Shown here: positions 1 through 9,583 of the stretch, piece after piece
Position numbering within the stretch: the first letter of the stretch is position 1
Layout of the letters: each line of letters opens with the position of its first letter
Source: Candidatus Saccharimonas sp.
GTDB lineage: Bacteria; Patescibacteriota; Saccharimonadia; Saccharimonadales; Saccharimonadaceae
Direction of reading: 5' to 3'
NCBI GenBank assembly: GCA_015256915.3
Contig: CP076101.2
Location: forward strand, 1 to 32,000
Length of the DNA stretch: 32,000 nt
The notes under the pieces: generated by a model
What the model was told of the DNA's origin: nothing
Database searches by the model: none
The model's input: the letters and a program-made list of their open reading frames with translations, nothing else
Translations under genes and position numbers: made by a program

Positions 1-1359
1 ATGAATGAGTTGTGGAAAAATATCTTAGCTGAACTCGAAATGGATCCTAAAATTCAAGGTGCGAATTTTAAGACTTGGTTTGCTGACACGCAACTTCTAT
101 CTTTAGAAAATGATCATGCAATTGTTGGTGCTAAAAATTCTTTCATAACTAACACTATCAAGAAAAAATATATTGAACATATTAAAAAAGCTTTTCGAAA
201 CAATGGTAAAAATCCCGAAGTTATTTCTTTTGAGGTTATTTCTACAAAAAAGCTTAAAAAACAAGCCGAAGAAATCCCGGCACCTTCTCTAAAAAAACCT
301 TCTATTGAAGATTTAATCAAAAAGAAAACTGAAAAAGCTAAACATTCTAGTGGTTTGAATAAAGATTATACTTTCGAAAATTTCATCGTTGGTGGCTCAA
401 ATGAATTAGCATATTTTGTTAGTCAAAATGTTGCAGAAAATCCTGGTAAAAAATATAATCCACTTTATTTTTATGGTGATTCTGGGCTTGGTAAAACGCA
501 CTTAATGCAAGCGATCGGAAACGCAATTGAAGAAAAGCATCCAGAAATGACTGTTCTTTATATTACAATCGAGAATTTTTATCGTGATTTTTTGGAAAAT
601 GTACGCTCAAAAAAGCAAGGCTATGCCGATAAATATCGAAATGTCGATGTTTTAATTGTTGATGATATTCAGTTTATTTATGGAAAAGATAAAACTCAAG
701 AGGAATTTTTTCATACATTTAATGAACTTCATCGCGTAAATAAACAAATAATTCTTTCAAGTGATCGTGCGCCTTCTAGTATTCCAACTTTAACAGATAG
801 GCTAAAAAGTCGTTTCGAAAGTGGAATGATGGTTGATATTCAACTACCGGATTTCGAAACTCGCCAAAGTATTGTTGAAGCTCGCGCTGAACACGAAAAA
901 GTTAAACTTGAACCAGAAGTTTCAGAATTTATCGCTGAAAATTATCGTACAAATATTCGAGAAATTATTGGAGCAGTTACTCAACTGATTGCAATGGCAG
1001 AACTTAGAAACATTAAGCCAAGTCTCGAGCTTGCACAAGGTTTAATTCAAAACAGCCGGCCAACAAGACCAAATCACTTAAATTCAAAAAAAATTATTGA
1101 TAAAACCGCTAAATATTTCGGGGTTTCGAAAGAAGATATTTTAAGTAAATCTCGGCAAAAAGATATTAATCATGCTCGTCAAACAGCCTGCTATTTGATG
1201 AAGTATGAGCTAAAAATGAGTTTTCCACAAATCGGTAAAGAATTTTCACGAGATCATTCGACCATTATGAATGGAGTTTCGAAAATTGAAAAAAGTATTA
1301 AATTAGATGCCGAAATTCGTTCACAAATTGAAGGATTACGAGATTTAATTTATGAATAG
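1..1359 (+). CDS. dnaA: Chromosomal replication initiator protein DnaA
   Basis: 452 aa ORF with AAA+ Walker A (GDSGLGKTHL), Walker B (VLIVDDIQF) and a C-terminal DnaA-box-binding domain (RQTACYLMK...FSRDHSTIMNG). Canonical dnaA-dnaN-recF order. The window starts at its ATG. Confidence 0.97.
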   Translation: MNELWKNILAELEMDPKIQGANFKTWFADTQLLSLENDHAIVGAKNSFITNTIKKKYIEHIKKAFRNNGKNPEVISFEVISTKKLKKQAEEIPAPSLKKPSIEDLIKKKTEKAKHSSGLNKDYTFENFIVGGSNELAYFVSQNVAENPGKKYNPLYFYGDSGLGKTHLMQAIGNAIEEKHPEMTVLYITIENFYRDFLENVRSKKQGYADKYRNVDVLIVDDIQFIYGKDKTQEEFFHTFNELHRVNKQIILSSDRAPSSIPTLTDRLKSRFESGMMVDIQLPDFETRQSIVEARAEHEKVKLEPEVSEFIAENYRTNIREIIGAVTQLIAMAELRNIKPSLELAQGLIQNSRPTRPNHLNSKKIIDKTAKYFGVSKEDILSKSRQKDINHARQTACYLMKYELKMSFPQIGKEFSRDHSTIMNGVSKIEKSIKLDAEIRSQIEGLRDLIYE

Positions 1360-1382
1360 AGCTATAAAAGCTCTATTTTTAT
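1356..1382 (+). terminator. Rho-independent terminator-like hairpin after dnaA
   Basis: ATAGAGC (1356-1362) pairs with GCTCTAT (1370-1376), 7 nt loop, followed by TTTTTAT. The stem overlaps the dnaA TAG stop. Confidence 0.6.
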
Positions 1383-1858
1383 ATCTGTTAATTTGACAAT
1401 TATTTTGGTTTAGTTTATAAAAAGCGAACAGTTATTTTTGTTCGCTTTTGACTTTTTAAAATTATATTTTATTTATTTGCTATAAAAATACATATTTCTC
1501 CCTCCACTCATCTTGCAAAATATTATTTTTATTTCTTTATTATATTTGACATTATTTCTATAATATTTTAATAAAATGTTGAAAGCTTGTGGAAAAATAG
1601 CTAATTTGTTGAGTGAAAGTTATTTAAATCTTACCGAAAAAATCACCAAAGTTTTACACAGGTTGGTTGTGCATATTTTCGAAAGCTTAAAATTATGGAA
1701 AAGTTGTTATTTTTCCACAAAGTTTTTCAGAAAGTTTTACTTTGATTTTCCACACAAAAAATGGTATAATTTTAAGTAGTGAAAGCTTGGTTTTCCACAG
1801 TTTCCACAATACCTATTATTATAATTAACACTTTTTAAGAAAAAGGATTTAAATTTTT
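1383..1858. other. oriC-like replication origin (dnaA-dnaN spacer with DnaA boxes and an AT-rich segment)
   Basis: Exact TTTTCCACA boxes (one mismatch to TTATCCACA) at 1711-1719, 1746-1754 and 1791-1799, and inverted (TGTGGAAAA) at 1588-1596. Degenerate boxes at 1652-1660 (TTTTACACA), 1694-1702 (TATGGAAAA) and 1800-1808 (GTTTCCACA). Very AT-rich stretch at about 1450-1575. 10 bp hairpin AAAAGCGAAC/GTTCGCTTTT at 1420-1449. Confidence 0.75.
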
Positions 1859-2953
1859 ATGGAACTGACTGTTAAGAAAGATGATTTATCTAAGGCACTC
1901 AATAATATCTCAGGAATTGCAAGTAGTAAAACTAGCTTGCCAAGTTCTGAATATATTCTTTTTCAAACAGACGGTTCAAGACTTCTAGTTGCTGCTACAA
2001 ATTTAGAAATTGCAATTTCGCAAAAAATTAGCGCAAGAATTGAAAAAACAGGTTCCATTTTAATGCCAGAAAAACTAACAAAAAGTTTTATTGATAGTCT
2101 ACCTTCAAATAGCGAAGTTTCTTTTAAAGTTAATGGTGGAAATATTTCAATAGAAAGTGGAAATTATAAATCAAAAATTAATGGTAGTTTGGCTGAAGAA
2201 TTTCCAGAGATACCGACTGTTGATGAACCTACTGCAAGATTTTTTATTGGTTCTGATATTTTTAAAGAGTCGGTTAGTCAAGTTGATACGGTAAGTAATG
2301 ATACTTCCCGACCAATCTTGACTGGAGTTTTTCTTCATACTTTTGAGAATAATATTTATATGGCGGCGACTGATGGATATCGTTTGAGTGAACGCAAGCT
2401 TTTCGAAACAGATCAAGAATTTGAATCGCTTGTCCCAAGTAATGTTCTAAAAAAGGTTTCAGGCGTAATTCCTGAAAAACTTGATGAAATTGAAATTCTG
2501 ATCAATGACAATCAAATTCAATTTATGGTTGGTGAAATTCTGGTTGTGAGTAATTTAATTGATGGAAAATATGTTGAATATCGGCGATTAATCCCAGAAT
2601 CGACTGAAACTGTTTTAAAAATGAAACGGGCTGATTTTATGCAAACAATTAAAGTTGCTGAGGTCTTTACGAGAGATTCTGGTGGAAGCATTACTTTACG
2701 AGCCAATGAAGAAACTTCGAAATTATCAATTCATACAATTGCGAGTGAAATTGGCGAAAGTACATCTGAAACTGAAGCTGAAATTACTGGTAGTGGTGAA
2801 GTTACTTTAAATGTTAATTATATTAAGCAAGCTTTATCAGCAATTAAATCGCCTGAAGTTTCTTTTGGATTTTCTGGTAAACTTGCGCCAACAGTTTTTA
2901 AAAGTACCGAAAGTGATGATTATATTCATATCGTGATGCCACTGAAAAGTTAG
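1859..2953 (+). CDS. dnaN: DNA polymerase III beta sliding clamp
   Basis: 364 aa, typical clamp length. N-terminus (LSKALNNISGIASSKTSLP...LVAATNLEIAI) and middle (ILTGVFL...MAATDGYRL) match conserved DnaN blocks. Lies directly after dnaA/oriC. Confidence 0.95.
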   Translation: MELTVKKDDLSKALNNISGIASSKTSLPSSEYILFQTDGSRLLVAATNLEIAISQKISARIEKTGSILMPEKLTKSFIDSLPSNSEVSFKVNGGNISIESGNYKSKINGSLAEEFPEIPTVDEPTARFFIGSDIFKESVSQVDTVSNDTSRPILTGVFLHTFENNIYMAATDGYRLSERKLFETDQEFESLVPSNVLKKVSGVIPEKLDEIEILINDNQIQFMVGEILVVSNLIDGKYVEYRRLIPESTETVLKMKRADFMQTIKVAEVFTRDSGGSITLRANEETSKLSIHTIASEIGESTSETEAEITGSGEVTLNVNYIKQALSAIKSPEVSFGFSGKLAPTVFKSTESDDYIHIVMPLKS

Positions 2954-2960
2954 GATTTAA

Positions 2961-3998
2961 ATGATTTTAAAAACTCTGAGGGTTCAGAATTTTCGAACGC
3001 ATTCTGATTTTATTTTAGAAATTGGCGAAAAATCAACTCTTATTTCTGGCGCTAATGGTAGCGGAAAAACTTCCCTTCTTGAGGCAATTTATTTTGCACT
3101 GCAGGGTACGAGTTTTCGCTCGAGCGATAAAGAAATTTTAAGAAATGATGGATCGAGCTGGTTCCGAATTGATTTAGAAGATTCAAGGGATTCGTTGAGA
3201 ACGATTATTTTCAATGATGCTGTTCAAAAATCAAAAAAACAGTTCCTTGTCGATGGAAATAAAAAAGCACGTTTGAGTGCTAATTTGCGCATTCCTGTTG
3301 TACTTTTCGAACCGGATGACCTGCAACTTTTGAGTGGATCACCAACGCGACGAAGAAATTTTTTAGATTATTTTCTTTCACAAATTTTCCCCAGTTTTCA
3401 ATTAGCTCTTACAATATATAATAAGGCTTTAAAGCAACGCAATAATCTTTTGAAACGCGATAATGTTTCGAAAGATGAGCTTTTTCCTTGGAACTTGATG
3501 TTGGCGGAATATGGCGCAGAAATAATCTCTAAAAGACAAGATTTTTTAGAGCTTTTAAATTCAAAAATTGAGGAAGTTTATTTTGAGATTTCAGGCGTTA
3601 AAGATGAAATTGAAATTGATTATTTAGGCGAAAAGGTTTCGAAAAATGAAATTTTAGCTATTTTAAGTGAAAATATTGAACGAGATAAGATTCTGGGTTA
3701 CACGAATTTTGGCCCGCACAAGCATGATATTCAATTTATTTTTAATAAAAAGCCTGCACAGAATGTGGCGAGTCGGGGTGAAAATAGAAGTTTAGTTTTA
3801 GCTCTGAAATTTATTGAGACTGATATTTTGGCTGATTTAACTTCTAAAAGACCGATTGTTCTTTTGGACGATGTTTTTTCTGAGCTTGATGATGATCGAC
3901 AGAAATTATTAACTAAGCATTTTTCGAAATATCAAACAATTATTACTTCAACAAATGAAATTGAAGTTGAAGATTGTAAAATAACCTCGCTAGAATAG
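2961..3998 (+). CDS. recF: DNA replication and repair protein RecF
   Basis: 345 aa with N-terminal Walker A (GANGSGKTSLLEAIYF), an SMC-like signature region (SRGENRSLVLALKF) and Walker B (IVLLDDVFSELD). Starts 7 nt after dnaN. Confidence 0.93.
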   Translation: MILKTLRVQNFRTHSDFILEIGEKSTLISGANGSGKTSLLEAIYFALQGTSFRSSDKEILRNDGSSWFRIDLEDSRDSLRTIIFNDAVQKSKKQFLVDGNKKARLSANLRIPVVLFEPDDLQLLSGSPTRRRNFLDYFLSQIFPSFQLALTIYNKALKQRNNLLKRDNVSKDELFPWNLMLAEYGAEIISKRQDFLELLNSKIEEVYFEISGVKDEIEIDYLGEKVSKNEILAILSENIERDKILGYTNFGPHKHDIQFIFNKKPAQNVASRGENRSLVLALKFIETDILADLTSKRPIVLLDDVFSELDDDRQKLLTKHFSKYQTIITSTNEIEVEDCKITSLE

Positions 3999-4010
3999 CA
4001 GAGGTTATTT
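3981..4010. terminator. Hairpin between convergent recF and the PEGA gene
   Basis: ATAACCTC (3981-3988) pairs with GAGGTTAT (4001-4008), 12 nt loop, short T tract. Sits between two convergent stop codons. Confidence 0.45.
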
Positions 4011-4022
4011 AAGTAAAACGTA

Positions 4023-4694
4023 TTAATGAAGACTGCAAGTTGGATCTATGAAATCAACTTTATATTTTTTGAAAATATTCTTTTCTTTAGATTCAAGCCA
4101 ATTTGTTGCTAAATCTTTGTAAAAATCATAGTTCGAACTATTACATTTACTGAATATTCTAACCGATATGTCTTTGACTTCTGTTTTATCTTTCGCATCC
4201 AGATTGTAAGTTATTGAAAAGCCTGTAGGTAATGATGTTTTTGTTGAGTTTGTGTATGGTAAATGTTTAACTATAGGGTGTTTTTCGGTCAATATCTTCA
4301 TTGTTTCTGTTATTTTTGCATAACCAGCACCACTTCTAATTATATCATCTTTCTCATGTTCGTTATACCAGGTTCCGTTTGGATCATTTTGAGCTAAAGC
4401 TAATGAAATATTTGTTTTTTGACCAGATTTAATTTCGAACTCTTTCGAGGCACTTTCGAATCCATCCTTTGATACCTCAACTTTATATTTGCCTGGCGTT
4501 ATTGTATGGGTTCCGTTTTGGATTTTTTTACCATTAATTGTTATATTTGAACTTTCTGGCGCAATACTGAGTAATAATTTACCGCAATAAATATCAGACC
4601 AAATCCACCAGCCTATAATTACTAACGATATTGTTCCAAAAATGGCCAAAACAGAATAAATTTTAACTTTTGTAGAATTATCAATATTTTGCAT
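4023..4694 (-). CDS. Membrane-anchored PEGA-domain-like protein (last gene of the T4SS-like operon)
   Basis: 223 aa with an N-terminal TM helix (IYSVLAIFGTISLVIIGWWIW), then a PEGA-like beta motif (ITINGKKIQNGTHTITPGKYKVEVSKDGFESASKEFEI). Starts 3 nt after the upstream gene's stop. Confidence 0.55.
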   Translation of the reverse strand: MQNIDNSTKVKIYSVLAIFGTISLVIIGWWIWSDIYCGKLLLSIAPESSNITINGKKIQNGTHTITPGKYKVEVSKDGFESASKEFEIKSGQKTNISLALAQNDPNGTWYNEHEKDDIIRSGAGYAKITETMKILTEKHPIVKHLPYTNSTKTSLPTGFSITYNLDAKDKTEVKDISVRIFSKCNSSNYDFYKDLATNWLESKEKNIFKKYKVDFIDPTCSLH

Positions 4695-4697
4695 ATT

Positions 4698-6353
4698 TTA
4701 ACCTTTCCATCGCCAAACTTCAACTTCGCCGAGACTTTCCATAATCTGAAGATTCATTGGCTCAATAACGCCAGTTGTTCTACTGTGTCCAGCATTTGCA
4801 ACTTTATCTTCACCATTAACCTGAACATAGAATTCTATGTGAGCTGCAGGTCCACCACCAGTTCCTGATGATATAATATCGCCTGGCTTCATATTGCTTG
4901 TGCTTCCATTATAAGGGATTTTTTCATATTTATCTGGGTTACTGCGCATATATTGAACAAGATTTACAACGCCACAACAATGCTTAGCATATTCTGGATC
5001 GACAGTTGTACTCATAACCATAGAAACGAAAGCATCACAACTCATACCTTTTTGAACATATGGTTCACCATAATTAATTAAGCCAGTTGCACGCAAGGCT
5101 TCCAGCTGCTTATCTGTCACTTCTCCAGCATAAGCAGCTGCTTTTTCTGATTCTGGGCGGGCAAGTTCCATTGCTCTATCTACGATTGTCGCATTTCCAA
5201 GTTTTCCTCCTGAAGACGAGCTACAGCTTCCTGATGAATTTGAAGAGCTATTTCCATCATTTGCAATTTCTTCTTTAAGGAATTTTACATAAGCTTCTTG
5301 ACCTTCTGTACTATGATGAACTCCATCTGCTGCATAAAGTTTATCTCTACCACCATTCTTTTCAACATAACTCTTCCAATCTAGAATCTTCACTTCGTTG
5401 TGTCTAGATGTGAAAGCTGAAATTTTTTGGTTCACTACATTATAATCAACATTTTGGTTTTTTGAAAAGTTATTTACCCAATAAATTTTCTTGCCTTTAA
5501 GCTTGCCGATCAAAGCTTCTGCAGCATTTTCATCAAAGTTATCGTTAGTTCCTAAGTTAATAACGACCGTATCATGAATTGTATTTGGTAATTTTGATGT
5601 TGCAGCAGCAATTGAATCACCAACTGTTGCAGATACATTCGAACCACTGAAGGTTGATGATAATTTTTCTTGAACACCGACTGTAATTGAATCTCCAATG
5701 AAAGTTATAGGCCCTGAAGCTTTTCCTCTACCGCTAGAACCTTTTCCTGCGAACTGTGAAAGCATTTTGTTTCCAACTTCTTCACCTTCTTTAATACGGC
5801 CAGGTCGTAGATCTTCTCTTGGTCTTTCGAAGCCATTAGTCCAAGCTATGGTAGCCTCTCGGACTGTCGATGCTGATTTCACCATATTAAGAGCTCTATT
5901 CTCTGGGCCTTCTAACTCTTGCCATAAGAAATTTAGCTGAACGCCAAGGTCAGATACTGGTTTCCCTTTTTCTTTAGCATAATTTTCGAGATTTGTTCGC
6001 CGCCCAAATGACCACTGGGCAATACCGTAGCCGATTCCGTTTCCAGCTTCAACTAGATCTGGTTGGAAATGGTTAGATTCACCCCAGAGACTTCCCATAA
6101 TACCAGCAGTTTGCTCATCTGTTAATCCTTTTGATTTAAAAAAGTTCCAAATCTTTTCAGCATTATCATTACCCTCAAGATTTATATCTGCCATATTACC
6201 GCTAGATGCTGGAGCACAATCCTCGCCTGCATCATAATAGATTATATCATTCAGTTTATAAAAACGTTCATCAAATTCAGCCCTCGCAACATTTGAAAGA
6301 GTGGAAGCTAAAATCAATGAGATTAAGATAATTGATGATATTTTTTTATACAT
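4698..6353 (-). CDS. Secreted three-module cell-wall hydrolase (phage-tail-lysozyme-like + SGNH/GDSL hydrolase + NlpC/P60- or CHAP-like cysteine peptidase)
   Basis: 551 aa with a signal peptide (ILISLILASTLSNVARA). Lysozyme-like block GIMGSLWGESNHF...GYGIAQWSFGRRTNL...QLNFLWQEL. SGNH blocks FIGDSITVG, NLGTNDN and DGVHHS. C-terminal Cys/His pair (GMSCDAFV...AAHIEFYV). Its ATG overlaps the upstream stop (TAATG). Confidence 0.7.
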   Translation of the reverse strand: MYKKISSIILISLILASTLSNVARAEFDERFYKLNDIIYYDAGEDCAPASSGNMADINLEGNDNAEKIWNFFKSKGLTDEQTAGIMGSLWGESNHFQPDLVEAGNGIGYGIAQWSFGRRTNLENYAKEKGKPVSDLGVQLNFLWQELEGPENRALNMVKSASTVREATIAWTNGFERPREDLRPGRIKEGEEVGNKMLSQFAGKGSSGRGKASGPITFIGDSITVGVQEKLSSTFSGSNVSATVGDSIAAATSKLPNTIHDTVVINLGTNDNFDENAAEALIGKLKGKKIYWVNNFSKNQNVDYNVVNQKISAFTSRHNEVKILDWKSYVEKNGGRDKLYAADGVHHSTEGQEAYVKFLKEEIANDGNSSSNSSGSCSSSSGGKLGNATIVDRAMELARPESEKAAAYAGEVTDKQLEALRATGLINYGEPYVQKGMSCDAFVSMVMSTTVDPEYAKHCCGVVNLVQYMRSNPDKYEKIPYNGSTSNMKPGDIISSGTGGGPAAHIEFYVQVNGEDKVANAGHSRTTGVIEPMNLQIMESLGEVEVWRWKG

Positions 6354-9300
6354 TATGTGTCCTGTTTAATTAAATCTGGTGGATAGAAAGATGCCGATGT
6401 TGATGGTATTGCGGAACCCTTCGAAAGTTCGAAATGTAAGTGTGATCCAGATGAACAGCCATAGTTTCCAATAGTGCCAATATTCTGACCTTTTTTGACT
6501 TTCTCTCCAGTTTTAACCGAGTGTGAATCCATGTGCCAATAGAAAGAATATAAATCTCCTTTATGTTTAATAATTACGGCATGTGGGCCGCCCATCATAT
6601 CAGCTGTTCCATATGTACAACCATTGTATGGGGCTACATCAAAACCACCATTAACAACCTCACCATCAGCTACAGCATGCACTTGCGCTCCGTGTGTCCA
6701 CCCTTTTTCTTCATTGGCGAAATCAATAGCTGGGTGGTTTTGTCGAACTGGTGTATTAAAACCTTGGCCATCTGATACTCCCTGTATCTGTCCATTTTTA
6801 ACTTTAGTGTTTTTTAGCGGCCAAATAAATTCACCACTTAATTTTGATAGTTCTGGATCTATTCCTCCTTTTGAAGTGGATGAGTTATTATTTCCACGAC
6901 TTCCTCCGCTTGAGTCTGGCTTAAATTCTTCATTCATTCCCATCTCTGTTCGAAGATCAGTTAAAAATAGTGAATACCAGTTTGCTTTAGGATTTTTTTC
7001 AGTATTACAAATTCCACCACGAGTTTCATCGTCGTCATCTTCTGATGTTCCAATTGGTGATTTTCGGTTGAAACAATATTTATCATATTTTTTCAGGTCA
7101 CCACTCATTTTGAAGGTATCTAGTAGATTATTTGTTTCGCTACTATTATCTTTCTCTACAATATCACCCCATTCTTTAAGTTTATTAACAACTTCTTCAG
7201 TATCGGTTTCAGCGATACTCATATCAATACCAGTATAAACATTGCAAAAAATATCGGTTGCAGCACCAGTTTCTGTGATTGATTTATCTTCACAAGTTTC
7301 CATATTGGCCGCAAAATTTGCACTATTAGCTGCACTTGCTCCTGGCGTAATTGATGCGAATGATCTCTGTGCTCCACTAATTATAGATGGTAATAAACCT
7401 TTAATTGAACCTAAAGTCCCAACATAGGGCATCATATTACTTACAATTGAACCCAAGAAAGTATGCCGTGTAGTTGGATCAAATGGACTGTGGGTTTTTC
7501 GAATATCTTCAGCATTTTCAGCAATTTGGCGGTCGGTTTCTTGGCGAAATGCAACTGCTTGAGATTTAGTTAAAACTCCACCACTTCCAGCCATTGAATT
7601 CTTTGACATTAATGCTGCAGATCCGGACATTATAGCGTTTCCAAAATTCTCTCCAGTTGTTGAGTTATTTAGGATTGTGCTGGTTAAAGCTTCACTTACA
7701 TATTTAGAAACTACACCCATGGCTTGATCTTTTAGTATTTCAACGGCAACAGAAAGAGCCAATCCTAATGCTACTCCCCATGCTGCCACTTTTACAACTT
7801 CACCGATGCATCCTAGAAAACCAGTACCCATACATTTGAGTATTGTTAGCGATATTTGAGCTATACCTACTGCTACAGTAGCTATACCTGCAACTTTACA
7901 GCTTTGTCGTATAAACCAACCCACCATTCCTGTAGTTAATGTATTCATTAAACTTGCGAACCATCCAGTAATTCCAACCTGGTAGTCCTTTGCTGAATCA
8001 TCTAGTTTCGAAATGCGATCATCATAAGCTACTGCTCGCCAACCTTGTGATTCAGTGGCGCTTTTAATACGATCGTTATTTGATGTAGAATCTGCAAAAA
8101 AAGCAAAAGCATTTTTTAGTCTTGAAGTATTAGAATTTTTACTGTCAGGATTTTTATTTTCTTGAGAATCTTTTCTATTAGCAATCCCCATTAAATTATT
8201 GCCTTGCGCTGTAACTTCTTGCTGGGTTGCTTCTCCAGCTTTAATTTTTGATGCCATTGAGAGGAAAGACAAACCAAATTGAGCTAACACTTCCACTTTA
8301 GCTATTTTAGCAACGCTCCAACCCATTGATACTAATGCATAAACTCCACAAACTTTATCTACCGCATTTAAACCATTCAAAGCACTACTTGCTCCTTCAA
8401 GTATTTCCAACCCCATAGCTGCTTTTTCAGATACACTTTGTGCACCTTTCTTGAGCTTATCTTTATATGTTTTTAGTTTTTCTTTAACTTTTCTAGTTCC
8501 TTTATCACCTTTTTGTGCTTTATTTTTACCTTCATCGTCAACATCTTCTTTGTCACCTGATAATTTTTTAGAATCAGTTTCCCCATCTTTACTATGGTCG
8601 TTTGCTGTTTTCTTTATATCCTCATCAATTTCTTCTTCGGTTTTACCTTTATTGTCTTTTTTGGCTTTTCGAAAGTTAAACCAACCCTTGAGCTTTTGCC
8701 AAGATTTATCAAGAAAAGATGCAAAACGACCGCTAAAACCACGGCGAAAAGCTTGCCGCACATCTGGGTTTTTAGTTAAAATATTTTTAATATCCTTAGA
8801 AGAATTTTTTATTTCAATATTTTTCCCATCTTTAATGTAGGTTAGTTTTGAAATTTTTTTCCTTCCAAATAAGCTTTCCTTCTCATCTAAATCAACTTTA
8901 AAACCAGCTTTTTCAAGATTTTTGATGTTTCGGTCTGTTACTTTTGACATTCGGCAAACTAAGCCGGCTGGACTACAATTAGTACCTTTTATTTTTAGCT
9001 TCATCACTTTAACAGAGCGATTATTCATACTTGTTGAGGCGGAATTGAGTTTTTCGGTAATAATTTCTTGAATATGAACTGGTGCAAGTGAAGCAATTCC
9101 TGTTGAAATTACAAAAATAAATGCACCACCACCACCAAGAAGGCCGCCAGTTGCCGCCATTGCTCCTTTATTTTTGAAGAATGATTTTGCACGGTTTTTC
9201 CAACCGCCTCCTGCTGAGTTTGCTGCGTTTCGAGATTTATGAGTTCCACCGCCGCTCACATTGTTTTGCCAGCCACCAGATTGGACTGGTTTTTGATCTT

Positions 9301-9520
9301 TCGAAAGTGTTTCTGAGTCGCTAATGTCGGAATTTGAAGTAGTAGAAGTTGAAGAATTTTCGGCATTCGCCAAAGCAGACGGATTATAACCGTCATTTCC
9401 TCGAATAACTTCAGCGTTTCCCCATCTACTTTTTGCTCGTTCGAGCGCAGATTGATTCGAATCACTCAAGTCGCTAAAATCAAGATTTTCATCTCTTTCG
9501 AAATCTCTAGCTGCTCCCAT
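6353..9520 (-). CDS. Large polytopic membrane protein with a C-terminal M23 (LytM-type) peptidase domain
   Basis: 1055 aa. Ser/Asn-rich N-terminus, Gly-rich TM segment, Lys/Asp/Glu-rich linker, several central TM helices. C-terminal M23 motifs HPAIDFA (HxxxD) and SGSHLHFEL (HxH). Confidence 0.75.
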   Translation of the reverse strand: MGAARDFERDENLDFSDLSDSNQSALERAKSRWGNAEVIRGNDGYNPSALANAENSSTSTTSNSDISDSETLSKDQKPVQSGGWQNNVSGGGTHKSRNAANSAGGGWKNRAKSFFKNKGAMAATGGLLGGGGAFIFVISTGIASLAPVHIQEIITEKLNSASTSMNNRSVKVMKLKIKGTNCSPAGLVCRMSKVTDRNIKNLEKAGFKVDLDEKESLFGRKKISKLTYIKDGKNIEIKNSSKDIKNILTKNPDVRQAFRRGFSGRFASFLDKSWQKLKGWFNFRKAKKDNKGKTEEEIDEDIKKTANDHSKDGETDSKKLSGDKEDVDDEGKNKAQKGDKGTRKVKEKLKTYKDKLKKGAQSVSEKAAMGLEILEGASSALNGLNAVDKVCGVYALVSMGWSVAKIAKVEVLAQFGLSFLSMASKIKAGEATQQEVTAQGNNLMGIANRKDSQENKNPDSKNSNTSRLKNAFAFFADSTSNNDRIKSATESQGWRAVAYDDRISKLDDSAKDYQVGITGWFASLMNTLTTGMVGWFIRQSCKVAGIATVAVGIAQISLTILKCMGTGFLGCIGEVVKVAAWGVALGLALSVAVEILKDQAMGVVSKYVSEALTSTILNNSTTGENFGNAIMSGSAALMSKNSMAGSGGVLTKSQAVAFRQETDRQIAENAEDIRKTHSPFDPTTRHTFLGSIVSNMMPYVGTLGSIKGLLPSIISGAQRSFASITPGASAANSANFAANMETCEDKSITETGAATDIFCNVYTGIDMSIAETDTEEVVNKLKEWGDIVEKDNSSETNNLLDTFKMSGDLKKYDKYCFNRKSPIGTSEDDDDETRGGICNTEKNPKANWYSLFLTDLRTEMGMNEEFKPDSSGGSRGNNNSSTSKGGIDPELSKLSGEFIWPLKNTKVKNGQIQGVSDGQGFNTPVRQNHPAIDFANEEKGWTHGAQVHAVADGEVVNGGFDVAPYNGCTYGTADMMGGPHAVIIKHKGDLYSFYWHMDSHSVKTGEKVKKGQNIGTIGNYGCSSGSHLHFELSKGSAIPSTSASFYPPDLIKQDT

Positions 9521-9583
9521 TTTATTCCTAAAACTCTATAATTTATAAATTAATTTTACCACATTTACGCTTGTGCTTCAAGC

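Noticed and set aside
1576-1779. 67 aa plus-strand ORF in the dnaA-dnaN spacer
   Set aside because: It lies entirely within the DnaA-box cluster of the putative oriC and has no ribosome-binding site. Its odd composition is a by-product of the repeated TTTTCCACA and GAAAGCTT motifs.
6624-8840. Plus-strand ORFs of 204 aa, 129 aa and smaller, antisense to the M23 membrane protein gene
   Set aside because: They are low-complexity Ser/Leu/Phe-rich translations lying antisense to a 1055 aa ORF that has clear M23 motifs. These are typical shadow ORFs.
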